Shown piece after piece: positions 1 to 8,196 of a stretch of DNA of 24,179 nucleotides. A model generated the notes under the pieces. That model made no database searches. It was not told the DNA's origin and was given only the letters and a program-made list of their open reading frames with translations. Numbering within the stretch: the stretch's first letter is position 1; the number at the start of each line of letters is the position of its first letter. The DNA comes from Candidatus Iainarchaeum sp. (GTDB lineage: Archaea > Iainarchaeota > Iainarchaeia > Iainarchaeales > 0-14-0-20-30-16), in contig JAQTTP010000011.1 in NCBI GenBank assembly GCA_028710695.1, positions 1 through 24,179 of the forward strand. The letters run 5' to 3'. Position numbers and translations under genes: made by a program.

Positions 1-828
1 CTATTAGAGGGCATGATGAAGAGAATTTGGAAAGATATAAAGGGAATAAACTTAAAAGTCCCTTTCCCAAGAATGAAATACGATGAAGCAGTAAAAACTT
101 ATGGTTCTGATAAGCCAGATTTACGTTATGAAATGAAATTCATTGTTAGAAATAATGATGAAGTTTGCTTTTTGGCAGACCTTAACAAAGAAGTTCTAGA
201 ATATTTAAAAGGCCAGAATAAAGTAAAATTCGCAGTCAGTGGAACCCAGTTAAAAGTTTACATTCCAAAACCAGAAAAAGATTACATTTACACCCCATAC
301 ATTGAGCTTGGTGCTACAAGAGCAAAAATTGGGAGCATCTTAGGCCTAAACAAGGGCGAAGACAAATTCTTATGGGTAACAGAATTCCCAATGTTTGAAT
401 ATTCTGAAACAGACAAAAGATATGTTGCTGCACACCACCCATTTACACAACCAGATGACATAAATAAGCCAATTGAAGAAATGAAAAGCAGGGCTTATGA
501 CTTAGTTTTAAATGGATTTGAATTGGGTGGAGGAAGTATAAGAATCCACAACGAAGAGATGCAGAAAAAAATATTAAAATTATTAAAGATTTCTGATGAA
601 GATGCAAAAGATAATTTTGGTTTCTTGTTAAATGCATTTAGCAAAGGAGTTCCACCACATGGCGGTCTAGCAATTGGCCTAGATAGATTAGTAATGCTTC
701 TTTGTGGCGCAGATTCTTTAAGAGAAGTTATTGCATTCCCAAAGAACAAGAACGCAGAGGGATTAATGGAAGGCTCTCCATCAAAGATAGAAAAAGACAA
801 ACTAAAAGATTTGGGGCTTAAACTTTAG
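1..828 (+). CDS. aspS: Aspartyl-tRNA synthetase, bacterial-type, C-terminal portion (5' truncated by window edge)
   Basis: Frame is open from base 1 (cta tta gag ggc atg: LLEGMMKRIW). Shows PFPRMKYDEA..YGSDKPDLRYE, VTEFPMFEY, AAHHPFTQP, GSIRIHNEEMQKKI, GGLAIGLDRLVMLL, REVIAFPKN typical of AspRS class II motifs. Confidence 0.95.
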   Translation, partial: LLEGMMKRIWKDIKGINLKVPFPRMKYDEAVKTYGSDKPDLRYEMKFIVRNNDEVCFLADLNKEVLEYLKGQNKVKFAVSGTQLKVYIPKPEKDYIYTPYIELGATRAKIGSILGLNKGEDKFLWVTEFPMFEYSETDKRYVAAHHPFTQPDDINKPIEEMKSRAYDLVLNGFELGGGSIRIHNEEMQKKILKLLKISDEDAKDNFGFLLNAFSKGVPPHGGLAIGLDRLVMLLCGADSLREVIAFPKNKNAEGLMEGSPSKIEKDKLKDLGLKL

Positions 829-1919
829 TTTAATTCTTCAAATCCTTCTTTTGTTACTATTTTCATAATATGTTCTTTTTCGGTTATTCTTCCGTTTTCA
901 TCAAACTGTATATTATCATTTGATATTCCATTATAACTTATGTCATGCAAGAATTTAGCATAATTTGTGTCTTCATTTTCTAAAGCCAGTTTAGCCAGAT
1001 AAATAGAATCATATGCATGTGCCGCAGATGGCGCAGGATAATTTCCAAATTTATCCAAATATTTGTTTATAAATTTCTGTTCATCAGAACTTTTTTTTGG
1101 ATAAGGATAAATTATTCCTTCAATTTCAGAAAACAATTCTTTTAGTACTGGATTCTCTGTGTTTGTACTTGAGTATAAGGGAATATTCACTCCTGCCTGC
1201 TTATATTGTTTCACAAATTCTCCAAAGTTTGGATAAAAAGCAAGCGGGGCATAAACCGCTTCTGGACTTATTTGTTTTATTTTTTGTACTACAGTTTTAA
1301 AATCTACTTCATCCGGAGCAGTTGCAATTTTTTCAACAATTTTTATTTCTTTTTCTTTTGCAAACTTTTCAAAATTCTTTGTAATAGATTCTGACCAATC
1401 GTTCAAACTATAAACTATTAATACTTCTCCAACATTCTGATCTTGAAAATAATCAGCTAATGCTTTGGTCTCCCCTGATTCTGTTGGCCAAACTGTAAAG
1501 AAATAATAAGATGGCATTGGTACAACACCCGCAGATTGAGAAATTATTGTTGTTTTTGTTTCTTCTGCAATTGGACTTACAACTTGTCCAAACCAGGTAG
1601 GGCCTACAATCAAATCTAATTCATCTAATTCTATTAATTTCTTAAACGCTTTAGTTGTTTGTGTAAAATCTGTTTGAGAATCTTCAACAACAAGCTCTAA
1701 AGGTTTTCCATTTATTCCACCGGAAAGATTAATTTCATCTACTGCAAGCAAAGCTGCGTTTTTTTCTGTTTCACCCCAAAAAGACCCGGAGCCAGTTAAA
1801 TGAAATACGGCCCCCACTTTTACTGTGTCTTGCCCTTTTATACTTACAAATAATATTACCATTACTAAGGCCAAGGCAATTATAATACTAAATAGATATT
1901 TTAATTTCAAAAAAACCAC
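825..1919 (-). CDS. ABC transporter substrate-binding protein, branched-chain amino acid/amide type (Peripla_BP_6, LivJ-like)
   Basis: N-terminal membrane anchor/signal, VKVGAVFHLTGSGSFWGETEKNAALLAVDEINLSGGINGKPLELVVEDSQTD, then IVGPTWFGQVVSPIAEETKTTIIS. GTG start at 1919; TTG at 1910 downstream of AGGTGG is an alternative start. Confidence 0.88.
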   Translation of the reverse strand: MVFLKLKYLFSIIIALALVMVILFVSIKGQDTVKVGAVFHLTGSGSFWGETEKNAALLAVDEINLSGGINGKPLELVVEDSQTDFTQTTKAFKKLIELDELDLIVGPTWFGQVVSPIAEETKTTIISQSAGVVPMPSYYFFTVWPTESGETKALADYFQDQNVGEVLIVYSLNDWSESITKNFEKFAKEKEIKIVEKIATAPDEVDFKTVVQKIKQISPEAVYAPLAFYPNFGEFVKQYKQAGVNIPLYSSTNTENPVLKELFSEIEGIIYPYPKKSSDEQKFINKYLDKFGNYPAPSAAHAYDSIYLAKLALENEDTNYAKFLHDISYNGISNDNIQFDENGRITEKEHIMKIVTKEGFEELN

Positions 1920-1957
1920 CTAATATTTTCTGATCCAACCCCAAATATAATGTCTTA

Positions 1958-1975
1958 TTCTCCCAAAAAGGAGAA
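1958..1975. promoter_or_regulatory. Candidate operator: inverted repeat TTCTCC-N6-GGAGAA next to a TATA-like AAAATATAT
   Basis: Perfect 6-bp arms between divergent SBP and TrmB genes, just upstream of a TATA-like element about 27 bp from ATG 2007. Confidence 0.4.
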
Positions 1976-2006
1976 AATATATAGTTTTCTATCATATAGT
2001 AAATAT

Positions 2007-2744
2007 ATGTTAGATAAATTGATTTCTTTTGGCCTTACAAAAACCCAGGCAGAAATATATTTGTATTTACTCAGAAAAGGCAACTCTACGACCGGCCCAA
2101 TAATAAAAAGTACGGGAATATCAAATTCAAGAGTTTATACTGCTTTAGAAGAGCTCATAAAAAAAGGACTTGTATCCTACAATATACAATCAAACGGAAA
2201 ACATTTTTATGCAGAAAACCCAGAAAAGTTCTTAGATTTAGAGCAAGAAAAACAAAAGCAAATGGAAGACATAATTCCTGATCTAAAAAAAATGATTGGA
2301 AAACAGCCAGATTCCACAAGCTACGCAGTATTTGAAGGGATAGAAGGAACAAAAACCGCATTCAAAAGAATTTTAGAAGATTGTCCAGTAGGGGCAACCA
2401 TTTACGTCATTGGATTTTCAGAGCAAAACTATGGGGTAAGATCATTGAGAACAATAATTTCTAAATCACATAAAAGACACATAGAAAAAAAACATATTGT
2501 AAAGATACTGCTTGACTCAAAAATTAAGGGCCAGCCTATAGCAAAGGAGAGAGAAGTAGAGCCAATAACAGAAGTAAGATATATGCCCAAAGGGTACACA
2601 AGTCCAGCAGCAATAGATATTTTTGAAGATCAGGTTTACATTTTCTTGTGGGGCGAAAAGCCATCAGTATTTATGATTAAAAACAAAGAAGTGGCAGAAT
2701 CATTTAAACATTATTTTAAGTTCCTGTGGAGTTTAGCAAAATAA
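2007..2744 (+). CDS. TrmB-family transcriptional regulator
   Basis: MLDKLISFGLTKTQAEIYLYLLRKGNSTTGPIIKSTGISNSRVYTALEELIKKGLVSY winged helix plus C-terminal PLD-like/TrmB effector region. The track's 1950 start would place TATA and inverted-repeat sequence inside the gene; ATG at 2007 is preferred. Confidence 0.85.
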   Translation: MLDKLISFGLTKTQAEIYLYLLRKGNSTTGPIIKSTGISNSRVYTALEELIKKGLVSYNIQSNGKHFYAENPEKFLDLEQEKQKQMEDIIPDLKKMIGKQPDSTSYAVFEGIEGTKTAFKRILEDCPVGATIYVIGFSEQNYGVRSLRTIISKSHKRHIEKKHIVKILLDSKIKGQPIAKEREVEPITEVRYMPKGYTSPAAIDIFEDQVYIFLWGEKPSVFMIKNKEVAESFKHYFKFLWSLAK

Positions 2745-2753
2745 GGTTTTATA

Positions 2754-3293
2754 TTGGGGGGTGATTTTGTAGATAAACTTACAATAAAGAAAGCAAAGAA
2801 AAGTGAATCTACAAAATACAACAACCTAGAAAAAATAATTTTCAAAGACAGTTATTACACAAAAATAAATTATACTCTAACACATAGCAAAATTACAGAA
2901 AAAGACTATTTTATAAATTACAACTCCAAAACAATTGGCACTCTGTCAATTGGAAATTCAATAGAATTTGGCGGAAAGTTTGGAATCGGCATTGTAGGAT
3001 TAAAAAAAGAGTTTAGAAACAAGGGCATAGGAAAAAAAGTTATTATTCTTTGTAAAAAATTCGCAAAAAAAGAAAAAGAAACACAAATATTTTTATCCGT
3101 ACCTTTGTTAGACAACGAAACAATTTCTATTTTTGAAAAACTCGGTTTTAAAAAGCACCATATAGAAACAAATATTCAATATAAAGACGGAACAAAATTT
3201 CTAAGATGTAGAAATGATCAACTAAAACATTTAATCTTAACTACTAACGATTATAAAAAACTAGGGTGGCAAATAATGTGCTCAGAAGTTTAG
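2754..3293 (+). CDS. GNAT family N-acetyltransferase
   Basis: FGIGIVGLKKEFRNKGIGKKVIILCKKFAKK...DNETISIFEKLGFKKHHIE: acetyl-CoA-binding RxxGxG/A loop and xxxYExxGF-like end. Exact start uncertain. Confidence 0.85.
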   Translation: MGGDFVDKLTIKKAKKSESTKYNNLEKIIFKDSYYTKINYTLTHSKITEKDYFINYNSKTIGTLSIGNSIEFGGKFGIGIVGLKKEFRNKGIGKKVIILCKKFAKKEKETQIFLSVPLLDNETISIFEKLGFKKHHIETNIQYKDGTKFLRCRNDQLKHLILTTNDYKKLGWQIMCSEV

Positions 3294-3302
3294 GTTTTAC
3301 AA

Positions 3303-3815
3303 CTAAAGTAATTTCCCAAATACATAAACATCCAGATACTTTCCATCATCAGTAAGCAAAGCTTTTCTTTTTGTGCCCTCTAATTTGAACCCGCATTTCT
3401 CTGCCATTCTTATGGAACCAATATTCTTTACTACAACTTCTGCTTCTGCCCTTTTAAAGCCTTTCTTTTTTGCCTGTTCTAAAGCGTACTTTAACAATTT
3501 AGTTCCTATTCCTTGACCTTCAAACCCAGGATAAACACCCCAGCCAAAACCAACTATATGTTTCTGCCTACCAGTCTTTCTAAAACTATAACTTAGTTGT
3601 CCAACAACTTTTTTGGTTTTTTTGTCAATTGCAATAAACATTTTGAATGTTGAATTTTTTGGAGACAAACGATCAAGTAGTTGTTTATATCTTTTAGAAG
3701 TATATTTATTGCTTCCAGTATAAATCCAAGTTTTTTGTTTTAATCCTTGTTTTGAAACTTCTGCAATTCCTTTTGCATCGTCCAGTCTTGCTTTTCTAAT
3801 AGTTACAGAAATCAT
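3303..3815 (-). CDS. GNAT family N-acetyltransferase (RimJ/RimL/PAT-like)
   Basis: WGVYPGFEGQGIGTKLLKYALEQAKKKGFKRAEAEVVVKNIGSIRMAEKCGFKLEGTKRKAL. Confidence 0.9.
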   Translation of the reverse strand: MISVTIRKARLDDAKGIAEVSKQGLKQKTWIYTGSNKYTSKRYKQLLDRLSPKNSTFKMFIAIDKKTKKVVGQLSYSFRKTGRQKHIVGFGWGVYPGFEGQGIGTKLLKYALEQAKKKGFKRAEAEVVVKNIGSIRMAEKCGFKLEGTKRKALLTDDGKYLDVYVFGKLL

Positions 3816-3876
3816 ACAAAATAAAGTATAACAAATAATAAAAATACAGTCTATAAATCAACAAAAAGATTAGTTT

Positions 3877-4533
3877 TTAAGGCTCACGGATAACATTATT
3901 AAAATAACTAGAGCAATAATAATTATGCAACATATTTATATCTTTCTTATCTAATGGTTTTATTTTCTTGTTTATGCACAGGATGTGATAATTAAGTTTT
4001 GCTATTTCTTCTAAAGCAATTGCTTTTTTTACTACTTCGCCTGGAGACATTCCAAATATTAATGCCCCATGTCGTTCAAGAAGCATCGTCTCTTGGCCTG
4101 ATGCTATTGCAGCCATACCAATATTAGATAATCTATGATTTACATAAGGCATACAAAAGACTTCGGTCCCAAAATAGTCTGCCTGTAATGTTGTCAAAAT
4201 TTTCAGGGGTTTATTCAAACTACTCATAACAGTAGTAAAGTGAGCATGGGTATGTAATATGCAGTTAATCTTTTTCTTGTTTTTGTATATTTCTATATGC
4301 ATATCTAAATCAGAAGATGGCTTTTTTCCTGAAACCAGTTTACCAGACAAATCTACTATTGATATATCTTTTGTTTTAATTTCAGAATATGCAAAGCCAC
4401 AAGGCTTTATTGCAATCAGGTTATTAGATAACCTTATGCTTATATTTCCTGAAGACAATATTTCTATATTTTTGTCGTCAAGTATATGTATATATTTTGT
4501 TAAATCTTGTTTTTTAAAGACTATTCTTACCAC
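3877..4533 (-). CDS. Class II aldolase/adducin family protein (fuculose-phosphate aldolase / ribulose-5-P epimerase-like)
   Basis: SSGNISIRL, SSDLDMHIEIYK, HTHAHFTTVMS, LLERHGALIFGMSPGEVVKKAIALEEIAK. Confidence 0.85.
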   Translation of the reverse strand: MVRIVFKKQDLTKYIHILDDKNIEILSSGNISIRLSNNLIAIKPCGFAYSEIKTKDISIVDLSGKLVSGKKPSSDLDMHIEIYKNKKKINCILHTHAHFTTVMSSLNKPLKILTTLQADYFGTEVFCMPYVNHRLSNIGMAAIASGQETMLLERHGALIFGMSPGEVVKKAIALEEIAKLNYHILCINKKIKPLDKKDINMLHNYYCSSYFNNVIREP

Positions 4534-5227
4534 CTAATAAATCAGTTATTGTTTTATCATCCATTTTTATTGAGTGCCCACCAGATTTAGTAACTATTTG
4601 GGGGGAATATTTACCAATTATCGCATCTATCTCTTCTTTTAAGATTGCAGGGTCTTCCTTTGCAACAACTAAAAACAAATTAGTTTTTGTTTGGGGGAGT
4701 TTTACTTTTTTTAAGTCTGCAACTGTTCTTTTTGCATCTATTCTATATACTTGTGGATATGCCCTTTGCAAAAATTCAAATGTTTTCTGTATATTTTCGC
4801 CTTTTTTGTTATTTATATGTTGGGCAGGGTCTATAAAAGGACAAATTAAAATAGTTCTATTTACTTTTACGGATTGTAATATAGCCGGTAATGCCCCATA
4901 ACTAAAACCCAGCAAAAATACAGGGTTTCTTGCCCAAGTTATTTTTTTATTCGCATAAAGCTCTTTTGCCTGCCCTTTTTTAACTAATCTAATAGCTTGT
5001 TCTATGCTTTTTGTTGAGTTTTTTATGTTAAAGACACCATTACTTTCCCAAGTTCCAGGATAACGTGGAATAAATAAATTATATCCCAACCGAGCCAGTT
5101 GTTCAACAAGAGGGTGATATTTATCAAAATATTGTGGCATACCCGGTGCAACAACAACATTACCTTTATTCCCATTAAGCCAAATGCTCATCAAAATATC
5201 TTTTTCTATAATTCTAAATTCAACCAT
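4514..5227 (-). CDS. Alpha/beta hydrolase-like protein
   Basis: VVVAPGMPQYFDKYHPLVEQLARLGYNLFIPRYPGTWES...VFLLGFSYGALPAILQS (nucleophile elbow GFSYG)...SGGHSIKMDD. ATG at 5227 preceded by SD-like GGTGA; track start 5239 is TTG. Confidence 0.75.
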   Translation of the reverse strand: MVEFRIIEKDILMSIWLNGNKGNVVVAPGMPQYFDKYHPLVEQLARLGYNLFIPRYPGTWESNGVFNIKNSTKSIEQAIRLVKKGQAKELYANKKITWARNPVFLLGFSYGALPAILQSVKVNRTILICPFIDPAQHINNKKGENIQKTFEFLQRAYPQVYRIDAKRTVADLKKVKLPQTKTNLFLVVAKEDPAILKEEIDAIIGKYSPQIVTKSGGHSIKMDDKTITDLLGGKNSL

Positions 5228-5228
5228 A

Positions 5229-6461
5229 CTATTCACCAAAATAAATGTTTTTTAATTCAAATAACATATTATATTCAGATAGTGACAAGTTATTATTCTT
5301 TACTATCTTCCAGCAAATGTTAACGTAATTTTGCATAGACTCAAATGCTGCAGACAACTTGAAATTATTTACTGCATTATTAAATAGATTAATTTGCACA
5401 GCCAAATCTTGTCTAATTGATTCATTATTTTTATCCTTATTTGTTTGCAATATTTTTTTAAGTTTTAAATATATTTTTAATAAATCTCGCGTCTGCAATT
5501 GCAGTTTTGATGGATCTATAACCTTATCCTGATTAATATTATGTTTCAAAAAATAAGCTCGCAAAATTTTGTTATTAATGCCTTTAAATAATTCTTTTTG
5601 AGACCCATCGTCTTTTTGCCATTTTAATTTTTTTCCATCTGGACCTAATAAAAGGCCATGCGATACAATTTTTGTAGGGCAGTCATTATTATTAAGGTAA
5701 CATAGAGAATAATAATCAAATTTTTTTATAACATCCCCATGTATCCAAACTCTTTTTGTATATTTGTGACTACAAAGAATTGCAGGAAGCATTATGGCAG
5801 CAAACCGCGGATCCAAATTAAATCCATTATATTCTATTGTATAGGCCCTATTTTTTTCTAAAATAAGGTCATAAGTTTCAGGTAGAGAAAATACAAAGGT
5901 TTTTAGTTTTTGCCTGATACAGTTAGGAAAAAATGCTATTGTGGCCATTTTTCTCTCAATAGTTTTTCTATTTATCTTTTTAAAAAGACTAGTTTTTGTT
6001 TGAGAAATTAGGGGGCGATTACATTTTTTACAAGAACAGATAGTTGGGTCTGAGCCATATATATTACCACAACTACTACATTCTATTATATTTGTTTGCC
6101 CCACAGTTATTGAATCTTTGTATGTGGTTTTAAACAACCGAACCAAATTTTTTTTGATTTTATCGTCTCTAACAATATAATCAAAGGACAAATAATGATT
6201 TTTTAAATCTTTTTTTATTTGTTTTATGGCAAGCAAGATATATTTTTTTATATTGTCTTTTGTAGGGGCTTTATTTTCAAAGGTAATTTGCTTAATTAAT
6301 GGTTCACCATTAATATTCAACAGAAAAGGAGCAAATACCTTTATTCCTGCAAGTCGCCTGGCTTTTGCATAAAAATCAGCAATTGTTAAATCATAAATAT
6401 TTCCCACACTTAGGCCTTTTTTTATCTGAGTTGGTGCAATAATAATTATTTCAGAATCCAT
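5229..6461 (-). CDS. Degenerate class I aminoacyl-tRNA synthetase paralog (MetRS-like)
   Basis: IIAPTQIKKGLSVGNIYDLTIADFYAKARRLAGIKVFAPFLLNINGEPL (HIGH region), IECSSCGNIYGSDPTICSCKKCNRPLI (MetRS-like zinc knuckle), RVWIHGDVIKKFDYYSLCYL, VSHGLLLGPDGKKLKWQK (KMSKS region). ATG at 6461 with SD-like GGAG upstream. Confidence 0.75.
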   Translation of the reverse strand: MDSEIIIIAPTQIKKGLSVGNIYDLTIADFYAKARRLAGIKVFAPFLLNINGEPLIKQITFENKAPTKDNIKKYILLAIKQIKKDLKNHYLSFDYIVRDDKIKKNLVRLFKTTYKDSITVGQTNIIECSSCGNIYGSDPTICSCKKCNRPLISQTKTSLFKKINRKTIERKMATIAFFPNCIRQKLKTFVFSLPETYDLILEKNRAYTIEYNGFNLDPRFAAIMLPAILCSHKYTKRVWIHGDVIKKFDYYSLCYLNNNDCPTKIVSHGLLLGPDGKKLKWQKDDGSQKELFKGINNKILRAYFLKHNINQDKVIDPSKLQLQTRDLLKIYLKLKKILQTNKDKNNESIRQDLAVQINLFNNAVNNFKLSAAFESMQNYVNICWKIVKNNNLSLSEYNMLFELKNIYFGE

Positions 6462-7224
6462 TTGTTTTACTCCGCTTTTTAAAGGCAATATAGTCTTGGA
6501 ATATTCTTTTATCCAAATAAGTAAGAAATTCATATGCAACTTCAACATCCTCATCTGTAATGTTTATTGGCCTATTTACTTTTATCTGCAAAAATTTTTC
6601 TGGGTTTATAGGGGGTTCAAAAATATCGTAAAATGCTTTGAGAGCCGTTTTCTTATCTAAAGGATATATTTCTTTTGTTGCAAGAGCATATAATGCCCCA
6701 TATATGCACCATTTCATCATGAGTATTCTGCCGTCTTGGTCCAAATTCTTGTTAATTAGTAACTTTCTTGCTTGATAATTAAGAGAATTTATCACCCTTA
6801 CTGCCTCAATAATTATTTCTGATTTTGAAAATTTTGTTGACTTAAAATAGTTTTCTCCAATCAATTGATTACCATATAGTTCTATTTCTTTTTGCATATA
6901 TAGTCCACGGTTATTATGCCAAAAGACTTCTTTTCTTATTGCTGGCACATCGTCACAACTATGGACATTTATATCAGTTATAACCCCTTTTTCGGCATAT
7001 TTCTTTTTTATTTTCTTCAGCTTTTTTAATAAACTAATATCTGGCTTTTTAATAACTAATAATATATCAAAATCGCTTTTTATACAAAAATCTTCATTCA
7101 ATGTACTACCATAAACAGTTGCACTAAGTATTTGATCTTTTAGATCAGTTAGTAGATCTTGTTTTATATCCTGCAAAATTTTCTCTCTATTGCTTTTGTT
7201 TTTTATCTTTAGATCTAAAGTCAT
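6451..7224 (-). CDS. Pol-beta superfamily nucleotidyltransferase
   Basis: VYGSTLNEDFCIKSDFDILLVIKK (GSx..SDxDxxV), third carboxylate candidate in VITDINVHS. ATG 7224 with SD-like GAGG upstream. Confidence 0.8.
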   Translation of the reverse strand: MTLDLKIKNKSNREKILQDIKQDLLTDLKDQILSATVYGSTLNEDFCIKSDFDILLVIKKPDISLLKKLKKIKKKYAEKGVITDINVHSCDDVPAIRKEVFWHNNRGLYMQKEIELYGNQLIGENYFKSTKFSKSEIIIEAVRVINSLNYQARKLLINKNLDQDGRILMMKWCIYGALYALATKEIYPLDKKTALKAFYDIFEPPINPEKFLQIKVNRPINITDEDVEVAYEFLTYLDKRIFQDYIAFKKRSKTNGF

Positions 7225-7344
7225 TATAATCCTCAAAATAAGCCATTCCTAAGGCAAAATTGCCATTTTTATATTTTATGGAGAGAATATATTTTTAAAG
7301 AGATGTAACTAAGTAGTTGCGATTACTCTATTTAAAGAAGAATT

Positions 7345-8181
7345 TTATGTTTTATTGTTTATTTTCTGCAGATATTTACCTAATTTATAATAAACCCATT
7401 TCTGATTTGGGAAATGTGCTTGTTTTAACAAGCCATTAAAAGAAAGCCATTTATAAGCTATATGTTCATCACTTAATTTTAGCTTTTTTTCTTTTGTAGT
7501 TGCGGCAAAATGAGTTACATATGCTTTTCTTAGGCCCCCTTTACTAACATAAGTATGCATAGTAACAAAATATTCATTTTTAAGATCATAATTAGTAATT
7601 CCTGTTTCTTCCATTATTTCTCGTTTAACTGTTTCTGTTGTTGTTTCCCCTTCTTCTGTTCCGCCTTTGGGAATATTCCAATAAACTTCATCCTCAAGAT
7701 TATGCCTAAGAAGTAAAAACTTTTTTAGATTTGGATTATACAATAAAGCCCCGGCACCATTTCGAATACAAAAATCACTGGCTTTTTCCAAAAGTTCTTG
7801 CCTATTTAAAATTTTTCTAGAATATATTAAATTTCCGGCATTCTTTTCAGTTATTATTTCAAAATAGTTTTTAGAAATTCCAAAACCAGCAATATGCCAC
7901 AATTGTGTTAACTCGTCTAATAGTTTTTGTGGGCTCTTTTTAGATAAATATTTGTTTAGATCTTTATCTTTAACAAAAATCAGCTCTAATGGTTCTTTTA
8001 CTGTTTTTAGCAAAGTTTTTATTTTTTCTTTCGTATTATTTTCTGACAACACAATTAATAGTTTTAGTTTATTAAGATTTATTTCATTATAAAGAACATT
8101 TGCAGATGAAAAATCCAGCCTATTATTCATCAGAGTTTCTTTTATTTTTTCAAATGCAGAAAAATAGGAAATATAATCCAT
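7345..8181 (-). CDS. NUDIX hydrolase domain protein with unassigned ~110-aa N-terminal domain
   Basis: NIPKGGTEEGETTTETVKREIMEETGI matches the NUDIX box GX5EX7REUXEEXGU. Confidence 0.9.
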   Translation of the reverse strand: MDYISYFSAFEKIKETLMNNRLDFSSANVLYNEINLNKLKLLIVLSENNTKEKIKTLLKTVKEPLELIFVKDKDLNKYLSKKSPQKLLDELTQLWHIAGFGISKNYFEIITEKNAGNLIYSRKILNRQELLEKASDFCIRNGAGALLYNPNLKKFLLLRHNLEDEVYWNIPKGGTEEGETTTETVKREIMEETGITNYDLKNEYFVTMHTYVSKGGLRKAYVTHFAATTKEKKLKLSDEHIAYKWLSFNGLLKQAHFPNQKWVYYKLGKYLQKINNKT

Positions 8182-8196
8182 AATCTAAATCACTCA

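Noticed and set aside
443-800. Track ORFs 443..637(-) and 495..800(-)
   Set aside because: Antisense to the convincing aspS frame; low-complexity translations with no motif.
1097-1394. Track ORFs 1097..1300(+) and 1206..1394(+)
   Set aside because: Antisense shadows of the ABC substrate-binding protein gene.
5099-5323. Track ORF 5099..5323(+), also 4259..4537(+)
   Set aside because: Antisense to the hydrolase and aldolase genes with strong sense-strand family evidence.
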